Shown piece by piece: positions 20,342 through 30,784 of a stretch of 64,000 bases of DNA (position 1 is the stretch's first letter; every line of letters begins with the position of its first letter). The stretch covers positions 2,592,001 to 2,656,000 of the forward strand of contig CBDFIQ010000002.1 in NCBI GenBank assembly GCA_965248195.1, written 5' to 3'. The position numbers and the translations under genes are program-made. The notes below the pieces were generated by a model. The model was not told the DNA's origin. It did no database searches and was given only the letters and a program-made list of their open reading frames with translations. The DNA is from Longimicrobiales bacterium. Its GTDB lineage: Bacteria; Gemmatimonadota; Gemmatimonadetes; Longimicrobiales; Gaopeijiaceae.

Positions 20342-21922
20342 TCAATAGACTCGAACCCGACTCTGTTCCCGCATGAACTGCTGCAGATAGTGCGGGCCAC
20401 CCGCCCCTGCCCCGGTCGACGCGCTGCCCTTCCACCCGCCGAACGGGTTGATGCCCGGCCACGCACCGGCCGTCGCGCCTGCTCGACGGTTCACGTAGAT
20501 GGTTCCGGCCTCTATTCCGTCGAAAAACCCCTGAACCTCCGCCTCGTCCTCAGTGAAGATTCCAGCCGTCAGCCCATATTCCGTCTCGTTCGCAAGCTCC
20601 AAAGCCTGTTCGAGGTCGTCGACCTCGCCGATCAGGGTGATCGGGAGGAAGAGCTCCGTATGGAACAACTCGTGATCGAGCGCGAGGCCGTCGATCACCG
20701 TCGGCTCCACGTAGAACCCACGGTCGAACAGACCTCCGGACAGACGCTCGCCGCCGGTCAGGACCGCCCCACCGTCGTCCACGGCCTGGGCGATGGCCGT
20801 ACGATAGCGGTCATACGCGGTCTCGCTGATCACAGGTCCCAGCCACACATCCTTCTCCAACGGATTCCCGATACGGACGTTCAGGGTCTTTTCGACCAGC
20901 GCCTCGGTAAACGCTTCGCGGACGTTACTCTCCACATAAACACGCGAGCACGCAGAGCACTTCTGTCCTTGGAGGCCAAAGGCGGACGCCTTCACGCCAT
21001 CCGCGGCCTTGTCCAGATCGGCCGACCGCATGACGAGGGCTGGATTCTTTCCACCCATTTCCGCTATGAAAGGCCGGGGCAAGGCGCGTTTCGTATCCTC
21101 CCGCATGAGCTGCATTCCCACCTGGTAGGAACCGGTGAAGACGACGCCATCTATCCCGGGGCCCAGCGCCAGCTCTCGCGATACGGTCTCGTTGCCTCCG
21201 GTAACTAGGTTGAACGCCCCCGGGGGCAGATCGCTCTCTGCGATGATCTCGGCGAGACGAGACACGGCGAGCGGAGTGATCGGCGACGGCTTGGCTACAA
21301 CCGTGTTACCCGTCACGAGCGCAGCGGCCACCGGCCCGGCCGTCAACGCCATGGGAAAATTGAAGGGGGAGAGCACCGCCCAAACCCCGTACGGGCGGAG
21401 CACACTCAGGTTCATCTGCTCATCGCCCGACCCGACCATGGGTGTAACGAACCCGACATGCTCTTCCATACGGTCACAGTAATAATCAACGAAATCCGAA
21501 CACTCCTCGACTTCTCCTACGCACTCGAGTCGGTTCTTCCCGACCTCGTAGCCCAGAATGACGGATAGCTCCCAGCGGTGCTCCCGAATGGCCTCCGCAA
21601 CGCCGCGCATCCGGGCCACGCGTTCCTGCCACGGAAGGCGACTCCACCCCGGGAGCGCCCGCCGCGCGGCGGCTACCGCGTTCTGCACATGCTGTGTTGT
21701 ACCGCTCTGGAATCGGCCCAGGACGATCCGATCGTCTATGGGACTACGGTCTTCGAATTGTTCATCGGCCACCACGCGATCCTTGCCGATAATCATGGGG
21801 TGCTCGCCCCCGAAGGAGTCGGGGGCCCGTTCGACTGCCGCGTCGAGCGCCCCGTGAACCTCGTCGAGGTCCTCTCCACCCAGGGTCGCATAGGTAATCT
21901 TCGTAGCGGTCGTCTGGCCCAT
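20342..21922 (-). CDS. aldehyde dehydrogenase, delta-1-pyrroline-5-carboxylate dehydrogenase-like
   Basis: PFNFP, FTGS, EMGGKN, GQKCSACSR, ELF.P, YGLTAG, PFGGWKGS. Confidence 0.85.
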   Translation of the reverse strand: MGQTTATKITYATLGGEDLDEVHGALDAAVERAPDSFGGEHPMIIGKDRVVADEQFEDRSPIDDRIVLGRFQSGTTQHVQNAVAAARRALPGWSRLPWQERVARMRGVAEAIREHRWELSVILGYEVGKNRLECVGEVEECSDFVDYYCDRMEEHVGFVTPMVGSGDEQMNLSVLRPYGVWAVLSPFNFPMALTAGPVAAALVTGNTVVAKPSPITPLAVSRLAEIIAESDLPPGAFNLVTGGNETVSRELALGPGIDGVVFTGSYQVGMQLMREDTKRALPRPFIAEMGGKNPALVMRSADLDKAADGVKASAFGLQGQKCSACSRVYVESNVREAFTEALVEKTLNVRIGNPLEKDVWLGPVISETAYDRYRTAIAQAVDDGGAVLTGGERLSGGLFDRGFYVEPTVIDGLALDHELFHTELFLPITLIGEVDDLEQALELANETEYGLTAGIFTEDEAEVQGFFDGIEAGTIYVNRRAGATAGAWPGINPFGGWKGSASTGAGAGGPHYLQQFMREQSRVRVY

Positions 21923-22120
21923 AGGGTGCTCTCCACCGCGTTTTGAATTGGGATACTATTTCAATTTCGAAGAACCGGACCCCGAAGGGAACTGAGGGGC
22001 CCTCACGAGTGTGCACCCGAGTCAGACGCAAACCCCCGAGGGCCTCCAACTGGGCTATATTCCTCGTGCCTGAGGGCGACTGGCGTTTCCGGTTTCGAGG
22101 CGTATTGTGTTGGCCGAGAG

Positions 22121-22753
22121 CTAATCGGGGTGTTGTAGGTCAAAGACGCCGGCAGCGGCTACACCCCCGAGGAGGGGGCCAACCCAATAGATCCACAGCT
22201 GGTCGAAGGCCCCACCGCCCGCGAGCGCATCGACAAGGATGGGTCCGGTTCCGACGGCCGGATTAAAAACGCCCCCCGAGATGCCCCCGACGGCGAAGGC
22301 ACCCGCCATGACCGTGAACCCGATGGCTAGGCCGTAGTAGGAGTTTCCGGCTGTGGCATCGTCGGTCGCCACATTCAAAACGACGAGAGACAAAGCGAAA
22401 GTGAACAGACTCTCAGCCAGAAGAACCGTAACGAGACCAGCCTCTGGAGCCGGTGCAGGAGCGAAGGTATCCTGCAGGATGATCCACGCGGCCAGACTCG
22501 CCAGAATCGCGCCACCAATTTGTGCGAGCACGTACGGAACCAGATCGCGGGCCTCCATTTTCCCCCGAATCAGAATCGCTACGCTCACGGCGGGGTTATA
22601 GTGCGCCCCGGAGATATGTCCCCCCATGTACACCATCACCATCAACACCGAGCCGATAGCAATAGGGGCCATGGGGGTACCGTTCATTACCGTCAACCCG
22701 ATGGTGAGGACCAGAAAGAAGGTCCCTACGAACTCGGTCACGTATCGGCTCAT
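22121..22753 (-). CDS. MIP/aquaporin family channel
   Basis: EFVGTF, ISGAHYNPAVS and SGGVFNPAV NPA motifs, WIYWVGP. Confidence 0.92.
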   Translation of the reverse strand: MSRYVTEFVGTFFLVLTIGLTVMNGTPMAPIAIGSVLMVMVYMGGHISGAHYNPAVSVAILIRGKMEARDLVPYVLAQIGGAILASLAAWIILQDTFAPAPAPEAGLVTVLLAESLFTFALSLVVLNVATDDATAGNSYYGLAIGFTVMAGAFAVGGISGGVFNPAVGTGPILVDALAGGGAFDQLWIYWVGPLLGGVAAAGVFDLQHPD

Positions 22754-22927
22754 GATGAGTAGACTCCGATCCTTTCGTTTTCACACACTAGCGGATGATT
22801 CTGGCTCGATGCCGGAACCTCACCCCTCGCTCCACGACCCCCGGCGGTTCGTGACGCAGTTTGCGGACCGGCAGCGCACCCGGCAAGCTCTAGGCGGCTC
22901 GCCGCACTTCTCCAACAGGCCTCTAGC

Positions 22928-25402
22928 ATGAGCACTCCTTCCGCTCGTCCGTCGGTAGGACTGCACGTCCTGAAGTTCGGGGGCACCTCCCTGGGAACCT
23001 CGGAGCTGGTACGGGAGGTGGCGTCAATCATCGTCGCCCAAGCCGAAAAGGGTCCAACCATCGCGGTGGTCTCGGCGCTCGGCCATGTCACCGACGAATT
23101 GGTCACCGCATCGGAGTTGGCGAAGGCGGGAGACAAGCGTTATGCCGCCAAGTTGGAGGAGCTCCGCCAGCTCCACCTGGAGAGCGTCAAGGATCTCACG
23201 GGGCCCGAGGACCAGAGTCGCGTCGCCAAGTCGGTCGACGTCATCCTGACCCGCCTGGAGGAACTTCTTCAAGGTGTCTTGCTCGTCAAGGAGTGCACTG
23301 CGCGCACCCAGGATGGTGTTTTGAGTGTAGGAGAGCGGCTTTCCACGCTCCTCGTGGCCGCAGCCGTTCGCGCAGAAGGTACCGACGCGGAGGCGTGCGA
23401 CACCACGAGTCTCATCGTGACCGACACGAACTTCGGCTCGGCATCGGTGCAATTGGCGCCCACACGGGAGCGTGTGGTGCCGTACTTCGAGCAGGCCGAC
23501 TCCCTTCAGATCGTGACCGGCTTCATCGGCGGGACGGCCGCGGGCGAGACCACGACTCTTGGCCGAGGCGGGTCGGATTACACGGCCACACTGCTCGGCG
23601 CGATCCTCGACGCCGAAGCGGTGGAGATCTGGACCGACGTAAACGGAGTCATGAGCGCCGATCCCCGCATCGTACAGGAGGCTTTTTCCCTGGAGAGCCT
23701 CAGCTATGACGAGCTCATGGAGCTCTCCCATTGGGGGGCCAAGGTGATGCACCCGGCGGCCGTACAGCCCGCCAGGGAGAAGGGCCTTCCAGTCCTCATT
23801 CGTAACACGCTGAACCGCGAATTCGAAGGCACCGAGGTGCGAGGGGGCGCTCCCACCCAACAGGGATTTCCCGTCAGAGGCATCGCTTCGATCAACAACG
23901 TCTCCCTGCTCCGGCTCGAAGGCATCGGCCTCCAGGGCGCCCCGGGGACCGCCGAGCGCCTGTTCGGCGCCCTGGCTCGCGAGCGCATCAGCGTCATACT
24001 CATCACTCAGGCATCGAGTGAGCGCTCCATCTGCTTCGCCGTCGAGCCGGGCAAGCTGGAGCAGGCCGTCGTGGTGATCCATGACGAGTTCGCGTTGGAA
24101 CGCCAGGCCGACCTCGTGGAGGATCTGGTGGTGGAGGAGCGCTGTTCGATCCTGGCAGCCGTAGGAGACGCCATGCGGGATTCGCCGGGGATTGCCGGCC
24201 GGATCTTCGATGTACTCGGCCACCACCGCGTCAACGTGCGAGCCATCGCCCAGGGCAGTTCAGAGCTCAACATTTCCTTCGTTGTTACGCAGGACGATGA
24301 GGAGCGGGCGTTGCGAGCTATCCACCGCGCCCTGTTCCGGCCGCCGGGACGGAGTCTACGGCTCTATGTGACGGGCGTGGGTCGGGTCGGGGCCGCGTTG
24401 TTGGACCAAATCGACGCGCAAATCGAAAGGCTGCGCACGGATGGGGTGGAAGTGGTTCTTGCCGGGCTTGGCCGAAGCAAGGGGGCCGCCCTCGACCCCA
24501 CGGGGCTGGACCTGAGCGATTGGCGCGGCGCGAGTGAAGCGGAACTGACCACCGGGGCGGACTTGGTCGAGAGCGCGGCTCGCTCCGATCACCCGTGCCG
24601 CGTCTTCGTCGACGCCACGGCAAGCTCGGAGGTGGACGAGAATTACGAATTCCTCCTCAGAGCGGGGGTCGCGGTCGTGAGCGCCAACAAGCTCGCGTTT
24701 TCGGGCGGCGGGGAGCGGTTCGAAACACTTCAACGCCTTGGAGCGCGAGGGAGGGGCCTTTTCTTCGAGACTACCGTCGGAGCGGGGCTCCCGATACTCA
24801 AGACCATCGAAGACCTGGTTGCAACCGGCGATGAGATCGAGCGGGTCGAGGGGGTTCTTTCGGGAACGCTGGGATTCATCAGCGACCGCTTGATGGCCGG
24901 AACACCGTTCAGCGAGGCGCTCAAGGAGGCCGATGACCTCGGCTTCACGGAGCCGGATCCGCGCGAGGATCTGGGCGGGCACGATGTGGCCCGGAAGCTC
25001 GTGATTCTTGGACGGATGGCGGGATTTTCCTTCGAGCTGGACGATGTAGAAATAGAACCACTTCTGCCTGGCGAGGGATGGGCGGACATGAAAGTAGACG
25101 AGTTCTGGAAGCGCCTCCCGGAGGTGGATGCCCACTTCGCGGAGCAGCGGGAACAGGCCATGGCAGCGGGCCAAGCCCTGCGCTACCTAGCATCTGTCGT
25201 TGACGGGCAGGCCTCCGTTCGCATGACCGAGGTCCCGCCTGGCCATCCCTGCGCGAGCCTCTCCGACAGCGAAAACCTGGTGACCATCACCTCAACGCGT
25301 TATGCGAATACACCCTTGGTCGTCCGAGGGCCGGGTGCAGGGCCGGACGTGACGGCCGCCGGGGTGTTCGCGGACATTCTGAGAGCGCTGGCGGAGTCCT
25401 GA
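22928..25402 (+). CDS. thrA: bifunctional aspartokinase/homoserine dehydrogenase I
   Basis: LKFGGTS, TTLGRGGSDY, two ACT domains (QASSE, QGSSE), ETTVGAGLP, TEPDPREDLGG.DVARK. Confidence 0.95.
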   Translation: MSTPSARPSVGLHVLKFGGTSLGTSELVREVASIIVAQAEKGPTIAVVSALGHVTDELVTASELAKAGDKRYAAKLEELRQLHLESVKDLTGPEDQSRVAKSVDVILTRLEELLQGVLLVKECTARTQDGVLSVGERLSTLLVAAAVRAEGTDAEACDTTSLIVTDTNFGSASVQLAPTRERVVPYFEQADSLQIVTGFIGGTAAGETTTLGRGGSDYTATLLGAILDAEAVEIWTDVNGVMSADPRIVQEAFSLESLSYDELMELSHWGAKVMHPAAVQPAREKGLPVLIRNTLNREFEGTEVRGGAPTQQGFPVRGIASINNVSLLRLEGIGLQGAPGTAERLFGALARERISVILITQASSERSICFAVEPGKLEQAVVVIHDEFALERQADLVEDLVVEERCSILAAVGDAMRDSPGIAGRIFDVLGHHRVNVRAIAQGSSELNISFVVTQDDEERALRAIHRALFRPPGRSLRLYVTGVGRVGAALLDQIDAQIERLRTDGVEVVLAGLGRSKGAALDPTGLDLSDWRGASEAELTTGADLVESAARSDHPCRVFVDATASSEVDENYEFLLRAGVAVVSANKLAFSGGGERFETLQRLGARGRGLFFETTVGAGLPILKTIEDLVATGDEIERVEGVLSGTLGFISDRLMAGTPFSEALKEADDLGFTEPDPREDLGGHDVARKLVILGRMAGFSFELDDVEIEPLLPGEGWADMKVDEFWKRLPEVDAHFAEQREQAMAAGQALRYLASVVDGQASVRMTEVPPGHPCASLSDSENLVTITSTRYANTPLVVRGPGAGPDVTAAGVFADILRALAES

Positions 25403-26355
25403 TGTCCAACACCACGACGGCTCGCGCATTTGCGCCCGCCACCGTCGGCAACGTCATCTGTGGCTTCGATATCTTCGGCCTCGCCTTGGGGGAGCCCGGA
25501 GACGAGGTGGAAGCCAGAGTGCGGAATGAGCCCGGCGTGGTGATTTCGGCAGTGCACGGCGATGGGGGACGCCTGCCGACCGAGGCGGCACGGAACGTAG
25601 CCGGCGTCGCCACGATCGCGGTCTTGGCAGAAAGTGATATGGAAGACGTCGGCATCGAGATCGAGCTCTGGAAGGGCCTGCCCATTTCCGGCGGCATGGG
25701 CGGCAGCGCGGCGAGTGCGGTAGCTGCGGTGGTCGCCGCGGATTCGCTCCTCCAAACAAACCTGTCGCCAGAGGCGCTACTCCGGTGCGCCTCGGAGGGT
25801 GAGCGTGGCCCAAAGGGAGACACCCACCCGGACAACATCGCCCCGGCGCTGCACGGGGGTATCGTTATGGTTCGGCCCGAGGAGCCCGGGATCGCCATTC
25901 CGCTCCCCGTTCCTGCCGGGCTCTCGGTGGCGCTGGTCCATCCCGATCTGGAGCTCGAGACGAACGATATGCGGGGCATCCTATCCGACGTGCTCCCACT
26001 GACCCAAGCCGTGAGGCAGTGGGCGGACTGTTCGGCCTTGGTCGTGGGGCTGTACGAGGCGGACTGGGATCTCATCGCGCGCGCACTCGTAGACCGCGTC
26101 GCGGAGCCGCACAGGAGTCGATTCATTCCCGGGTTCGATGCCGTCCGCACGGCCGGCCTCGAGGCCGGCGCGCTCGGCGCCGGCTTGTCCGGTGCGGGAC
26201 CGTCGATGTTCGCGCTCTGCCAGACGAGCGCCGACGCCCGGTCCGTCGCCGCGGCCATGGCCAACGCTTTCGCAGAAGTGGGCCTCGAGGGAGCCGATAC
26301 CCATGTTTCCGAGGTGGCCAACACCGGCGCCCACGTGATCGAGACTCCGGCTTGA
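25402..26355 (+). CDS. thrB: homoserine kinase
   Basis: PATVGNV..GFD, GLP..GGMGGSAAS, HPDNIAP, LSGAGPS. Confidence 0.95.
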   Translation: MSNTTTARAFAPATVGNVICGFDIFGLALGEPGDEVEARVRNEPGVVISAVHGDGGRLPTEAARNVAGVATIAVLAESDMEDVGIEIELWKGLPISGGMGGSAASAVAAVVAADSLLQTNLSPEALLRCASEGERGPKGDTHPDNIAPALHGGIVMVRPEEPGIAIPLPVPAGLSVALVHPDLELETNDMRGILSDVLPLTQAVRQWADCSALVVGLYEADWDLIARALVDRVAEPHRSRFIPGFDAVRTAGLEAGALGAGLSGAGPSMFALCQTSADARSVAAAMANAFAEVGLEGADTHVSEVANTGAHVIETPA

Positions 26356-27698
26356 GGTTCGTCAGCACAGGCGGGAAGAGCCCCCCCGCCGACCTTGGCA
26401 CCGCACTCACTCGAGGACTCGCACCGGACGGGGGGCTTTACCTGCCGGAGCGGATGGACTCGATCGACGCCTCGATTCTGGCGGGGTTACGCGGCCGATC
26501 CTTCTCAGTCGTCTCGCGCGCGGTGGCGCGACACCTCCTCGGCTCGACGATCCCCCCGGCTGATCTCGACCGCATCGTCGATGCTGCACTAAATTTTGCG
26601 GTTCCGCTGGTCGCCCTGAGCGATGTCGGGTCTAGAAGCGATGATGGGTCTGCGGACGATGATGGGTCTCTGGATGACCTGTACCTGACCGAGCTCTTTC
26701 ATGGCCCGACCCTGGCCTTCAAGGACGTCGGCGCACGTTTCATGGCGCAGCTCCTCGGCTACCTGGGCGGCGAGGGCGGGGCCCCGCTCACCATTCTCGC
26801 GGCCACGTCGGGTGATACCGGGAGCGCGGTCGCCCAGGCCTTCTTCGGCGTACCGGACATACGCACCGTGATCCTGTTTCCCAAGGGCAAAGTCACGCCC
26901 CTCCAGGAACGGCAGTTCACGACGCTCGGAGGAAACGTGCGCGTGCTCGAGGTCGACGGCACGTTCGACGACTGCCAACGCCTGGTAAAGTCCGCATTTT
27001 CGGACTCGCTCCTTGGCGACGAGGTCCGCCTCAGCTCGGCGAACTCGATCAATATCGGCCGCCTACTTCCGCAGATCTTTTATTACGTCCACGCTGCGGC
27101 GCAGTTGCCTGCGGGATCGGTTCCACTGTTTTCGGTTCCGTCCGGAAACTTCGGCAACCTTACGGCTGGGTTGATGGCCAAGAGGCTCGGCATGGAGTGC
27201 CGGGGATTCGTCGCGGTGACCAACGTGAACGACGTGGTACCGGAGTATTTGCGGACCGGGGTGGTCCGTCCCCGCCCCTCCACTCCTACCATCTCGAACG
27301 CCATGGACGTCGGGGATCCGAGCAACCTTGCGCGTATCCTTGCCCTTTATGACGGGGACGTCGATCGCCTTCGGGCAGACGTGATCGGAAGTGTTCACGA
27401 CGACGACGAGACACGGGATTGTATCGCGCAGGTGTACCGGAGAACGGGTTACGTCCTGGACCCGCACTCGGCGGTGGGTTACCTGGGCGTCGAGGCGGGG
27501 CGCCGAGCCTTCGGTGAGGGACCCTGTGTGGTGCTCTGCACGGCCCATCCGGCAAAGTTCCGCGACGCGGTGGAGTCGGCGATCGGCATCGACGTCCCGA
27601 TACCCGAAAGGCTCTCGGCGTGTCTACAGGCGGAGCGTCACGTGACGCCGATCCCTCCGGAGATGTCCGCTCTCAGGGACTTCTTGCTCGAGGAGTGA
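26352..27698 (+). CDS. thrC: threonine synthase
   Basis: TTG start overlapping the thrB stop (MRFVST); GLAPDGGLY, HGPTLAFKD, ATSGDTG, SANSINIGR, PSGNFGNL, TAHPAKF. Confidence 0.95.
   Translation: MRFVSTGGKSPPADLGTALTRGLAPDGGLYLPERMDSIDASILAGLRGRSFSVVSRAVARHLLGSTIPPADLDRIVDAALNFAVPLVALSDVGSRSDDGSADDDGSLDDLYLTELFHGPTLAFKDVGARFMAQLLGYLGGEGGAPLTILAATSGDTGSAVAQAFFGVPDIRTVILFPKGKVTPLQERQFTTLGGNVRVLEVDGTFDDCQRLVKSAFSDSLLGDEVRLSSANSINIGRLLPQIFYYVHAAAQLPAGSVPLFSVPSGNFGNLTAGLMAKRLGMECRGFVAVTNVNDVVPEYLRTGVVRPRPSTPTISNAMDVGDPSNLARILALYDGDVDRLRADVIGSVHDDDETRDCIAQVYRRTGYVLDPHSAVGYLGVEAGRRAFGEGPCVVLCTAHPAKFRDAVESAIGIDVPIPERLSACLQAERHVTPIPPEMSALRDFLLEE
26621..26674 (+). repeat. three tandem 18-bp units inside thrC (SDVGSR-SDDGSA-DDDGSL)
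   Basis: CGATGTCGGGTCTAGAAG / CGATGATGGGTCTGCGGA / CGATGATGGGTCTCTGGA. Confidence 0.85.
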
Positions 27699-27723
27699 CG
27701 TGCTAAGCGCAGTCCGCCAGTCC

Positions 27724-27752
27724 TTGCCGCTCTGGGGCGTGACGTGCATAAT
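27724..27752 (+). promoter_or_regulatory. putative sigma70 promoter of the frd operon
   Basis: TTGCCG-17 nt-CATAAT. Confidence 0.55.
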
Positions 27753-27851
27753 CGGGTCGCCTATGCCCACCACGACCACCCGCCTCCGGAGAATCCGCGC
27801 CGAAAATCACGACGGAAGCGTTTCGTTTAGTGTGGTGTTCCGGGTCCCCTC

Positions 27852-29591
27852 GTGACCACTTCTCATGACGTATTACTGGTGGGGGGCGGCGGAGCAGGAT
27901 TACGTGCGGCCATTGCCATCGCGGAAACCTACCCCAGCCTCCGCGTCGCCGTCGTCTCCAAGGTGTATCCCATGCGCAGCCACACGGTCTCTGCGGAGGG
28001 AGGCTCTGCAGGAGTAATCGCCGCTGACGACTCCCTCGACGAGCACGCCTATGACACCATCTCCGGTGGCGATTGGATGTGCGATCAAGACGCTGTCGAC
28101 GAGTTCGTGAGGGAGGCTCCCGAGGAGCTGCTCAGGCTGGAACACTGGGGTTGTCCCTGGAGTCGCACGCCCGAGGGGCGAGTTGCGGTGCGTGCGTTCG
28201 GCGGCATGAAGAACAAGCGAACGTGGTTCGCGGCCGACAAGACCGGCTTCCACATGCTCCACACACTCTTCCAAACCTCACTCAAATACACGAGCGTCGT
28301 TCGATACGACGAGTGGTTCGTGACGAAGCTCCTGGTCGATGATGGCCAGGTCCGAGGCGTCGTGGCGCTGGAGCTGATGTCCGGCAAGATCCAACCGATT
28401 CTGGCCAAGGCCGTCATTCTGTGCACGGGCGGCTGCGGCCGTGTGTTTCCGTTCACCACCAACGCCAGCATCAAGACCGGAGACGGCATGGCGTTGGCTT
28501 ACGCGGCCGGCGCGCCGCTCAAGGACATGGAGTTCGTCCAGTATCACCCGACGGGCCTCCCGTTCACCGGCATCCTCATCACCGAGGCGGCGCGGTCCGA
28601 GGGAGGCTGGTTGCTCAACAAAGACGGCTACCGCTACCTGCAAGACTACGACCTGGGCACGCCGGAGCCGAAACCGGTTCTGCGGAGCATGGAGATGGGG
28701 CCTCGGGACCGTCTGTCGCAGGCCTTCGTGAAGGAGGTGGAGCAAGGGCGGACCATCGATGGCCCTTACGGCCCGGTGGTTCACCTCGACCTGCGGCATT
28801 TGGGCAGGCAGGTCATCGACGCCAGGATTCCGTTTGTGCGCGAGCTGTGTCAGAAATACCAGAACATCGACCCGGTCAAGGAGATGATCCCGGTGCGGCC
28901 GGTCATCCACTACATAATGGGAGGAGTCCACACCGACATCGACGGTGCTACACCACTGGCCGGGCTGTACGCGGCTGGTGAGGTCGCGTGCGTGAGCATC
29001 AACGGCGCGAACCGGCTGGGATCCAATTCCCTGTCAGAGCTGCTCGTTTTCGGCGCGCGCGCCGGCCGTGCGGCGGCGGAGTATGCGTCCACCCAGACGG
29101 ATGCGAACTCCAGTCTGCTGGCGCAGGCAGAGGATGAAAAACGGCGTTTGGAGCGCGACTTCCTGCACAAGACGGATGGCACGGAACGCCCCGCGACCAT
29201 TCGCGAAGAGATGCAGGAGGCCATGGAGCAGGGCGCCGGCATCTATCGCTCGGGAGAGGGACTGACCCGGGCAGCCGACCGGCTGCGGGAGCTCCAAGAG
29301 CGCTTTCGTAACGTGGCCGTGCAGGATAGCAGCCGAACCTTCAACACCGAGCTGACCTCCGTCTTGGAGCTGTCGTTCATGCTCGACGCTGCCGAGTCCA
29401 TCGTCCAGTGTGCGTTGCAACGCGAAGAATCCCGGGGTGCACACCAACGGACCGACTTCACCGGCCGTGACGACGAACGTTTCTTGGCGCACTCACTCAT
29501 CTATCGTAATCCCGACGGCTCCTCCAGGGTCGAATACCTGCCGGTGACGATCACCCGGTGGCCCCCTGGCGAGCGAGTGTACGGGAGGTAA
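27852..29591 (+). CDS. frdA: fumarate reductase flavoprotein subunit (E. coli type)
   Basis: [17 protein letters not shown] (covalent FAD His), [43 protein letters not shown]. Confidence 0.93.
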   Translation: MTTSHDVLLVGGGGAGLRAAIAIAETYPSLRVAVVSKVYPMRSHTVSAEGGSAGVIAADDSLDEHAYDTISGGDWMCDQDAVDEFVREAPEELLRLEHWGCPWSRTPEGRVAVRAFGGMKNKRTWFAADKTGFHMLHTLFQTSLKYTSVVRYDEWFVTKLLVDDGQVRGVVALELMSGKIQPILAKAVILCTGGCGRVFPFTTNASIKTGDGMALAYAAGAPLKDMEFVQYHPTGLPFTGILITEAARSEGGWLLNKDGYRYLQDYDLGTPEPKPVLRSMEMGPRDRLSQAFVKEVEQGRTIDGPYGPVVHLDLRHLGRQVIDARIPFVRELCQKYQNIDPVKEMIPVRPVIHYIMGGVHTDIDGATPLAGLYAAGEVACVSINGANRLGSNSLSELLVFGARAGRAAAEYASTQTDANSSLLAQAEDEKRRLERDFLHKTDGTERPATIREEMQEAMEQGAGIYRSGEGLTRAADRLRELQERFRNVAVQDSSRTFNTELTSVLELSFMLDAAESIVQCALQREESRGAHQRTDFTGRDDERFLAHSLIYRNPDGSSRVEYLPVTITRWPPGERVYGR

Positions 29592-29596
29592 CGACC

Positions 29597-30340
29597 ATGG
29601 ATGACCGTATCACAATGCGCCTGGCGCGCTACCGTCCCGAGGAGGAGGGCGAACCGACGTTCGAGGAATACGAGGTGCCGTGCCACAAAGAGTGGGTGGT
29701 TCTCGACGGTCTCAACTACATCAAGGACCAGCTGGACGGTACCTTGTCGTTCCGTTGGTCGTGTCGCATGGGCATCTGCGGTAGTTGCGGCATGACCGTG
29801 AACGGAGAGCCGAAGCTGACGTGTGCAACGTTCCTCACCGACTACGCGCCGGGTCCCGTGCATGTCGAGCCGATGCAAAACTTCCCCGTCGTCCGGGACC
29901 TCATCGTCGAGATGACGGACTTCATGCAAAAGCTGGCCACGATCAAACCCTGGATCGTGCGCGACGAGGAACGGCCTCTTGCGGAAGGAGAGTACAGGCA
30001 AACGCCGGACGAACTGAGCGAGTACAAGCAGTACAGCATGTGCATCAATTGTATGCTGTGCTACGCCGCCTGCCCGGTTTACGGCCTCGACCCAGACTTC
30101 ATCGGGCCGGCCGCGATCGCTCTAGCCCAGCGGTACAATCTCGATTCCCGCGACGAGGGGTCCACTGAGCGTCTCGACCTTCTTTCCCTGCACGAGGGAA
30201 TCTGGGCCTGCACCTTCGTGGGCGAATGCACCAAGGTCTGTCCGAAGAACGTCGATCCCGCCGGCGCCATTCAACGTTACAAGCTGGATGCCGCGCTCAC
30301 GTCGCTCAAAGATTTGCTTTTGCCATGGGGCGCCAGATGA
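29597..30340 (+). CDS. frdB: fumarate reductase iron-sulfur subunit
   Basis: [34 protein letters not shown]. Confidence 0.93.
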   Translation: MDDRITMRLARYRPEEEGEPTFEEYEVPCHKEWVVLDGLNYIKDQLDGTLSFRWSCRMGICGSCGMTVNGEPKLTCATFLTDYAPGPVHVEPMQNFPVVRDLIVEMTDFMQKLATIKPWIVRDEERPLAEGEYRQTPDELSEYKQYSMCINCMLCYAACPVYGLDPDFIGPAAIALAQRYNLDSRDEGSTERLDLLSLHEGIWACTFVGECTKVCPKNVDPAGAIQRYKLDAALTSLKDLLLPWGAR

Positions 30341-30759
30341 GCGAGCAACCGACGTACACGCCTTTCCACCCGCGCTGGTATCGTCCGCGGATTTCCACGT
30401 GGTGGTGGTTGAGGCGCCGGTCCTCGCTCGCGTTCATCTTGCGCGAGGTGAGCAGCATCTTCGTGGCGTGGTTCGTCGTTTTCTTTCTGTTGCTGGTCGC
30501 TGCAGTGGGGCGTGGAGAGGCTGCGTACCAGGAGTTCATGGGTTGGGCCGCGAACCCGGGCATTTTGCTCGTCAACCTCATCAGCCTGTTCTTTGTCGTA
30601 TTCCACGCCGTCACTTGGTTCAACCTGGCACCCCAGGCAATGGTGGTGCACATGCGAGGCAAGCGAGTGCCGGGGAAATTGATTGCCGCTTCCAACTACG
30701 GCGCGTGGGTGGTGACCTCTCTCTTGGTGGCGTGGATCATCCTCGCTGGGTCGAGGTGA
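30337..30759 (+). CDS. frdC: fumarate reductase membrane anchor C
   Basis: Y.....TWW......[18 protein letters not shown]; 3 TM helices. Confidence 0.9.
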   Translation: MSEQPTYTPFHPRWYRPRISTWWWLRRRSSLAFILREVSSIFVAWFVVFFLLLVAAVGRGEAAYQEFMGWAANPGILLVNLISLFFVVFHAVTWFNLAPQAMVVHMRGKRVPGKLIAASNYGAWVVTSLLVAWIILAGSR

Positions 30760-30782
30760 CCGTCCTCGCTGGGTCGAGGTAA
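30740..30782 (+). repeat. 18-bp duplication of the frdC 3' end (period 23)
   Basis: TCCTCGCTGGGTCGAGGT at 30740-30757 and 30763-30780. Confidence 0.85.
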
Positions 30783-30784
30783 GG

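Noticed and set aside
21940..22050. TTGAA-N12-TTCAA palindrome and GC-rich hairpin upstream of the aldehyde dehydrogenase as an operator or riboswitch
   Set aside because: Short and imperfect, with no recognisable family, leader peptide or terminator; not supportable without comparative data.
22754..22927. Thr/Ile attenuator upstream of thrA
   Set aside because: No Thr/Ile-rich short ORF and no hairpin plus U-tract were found.
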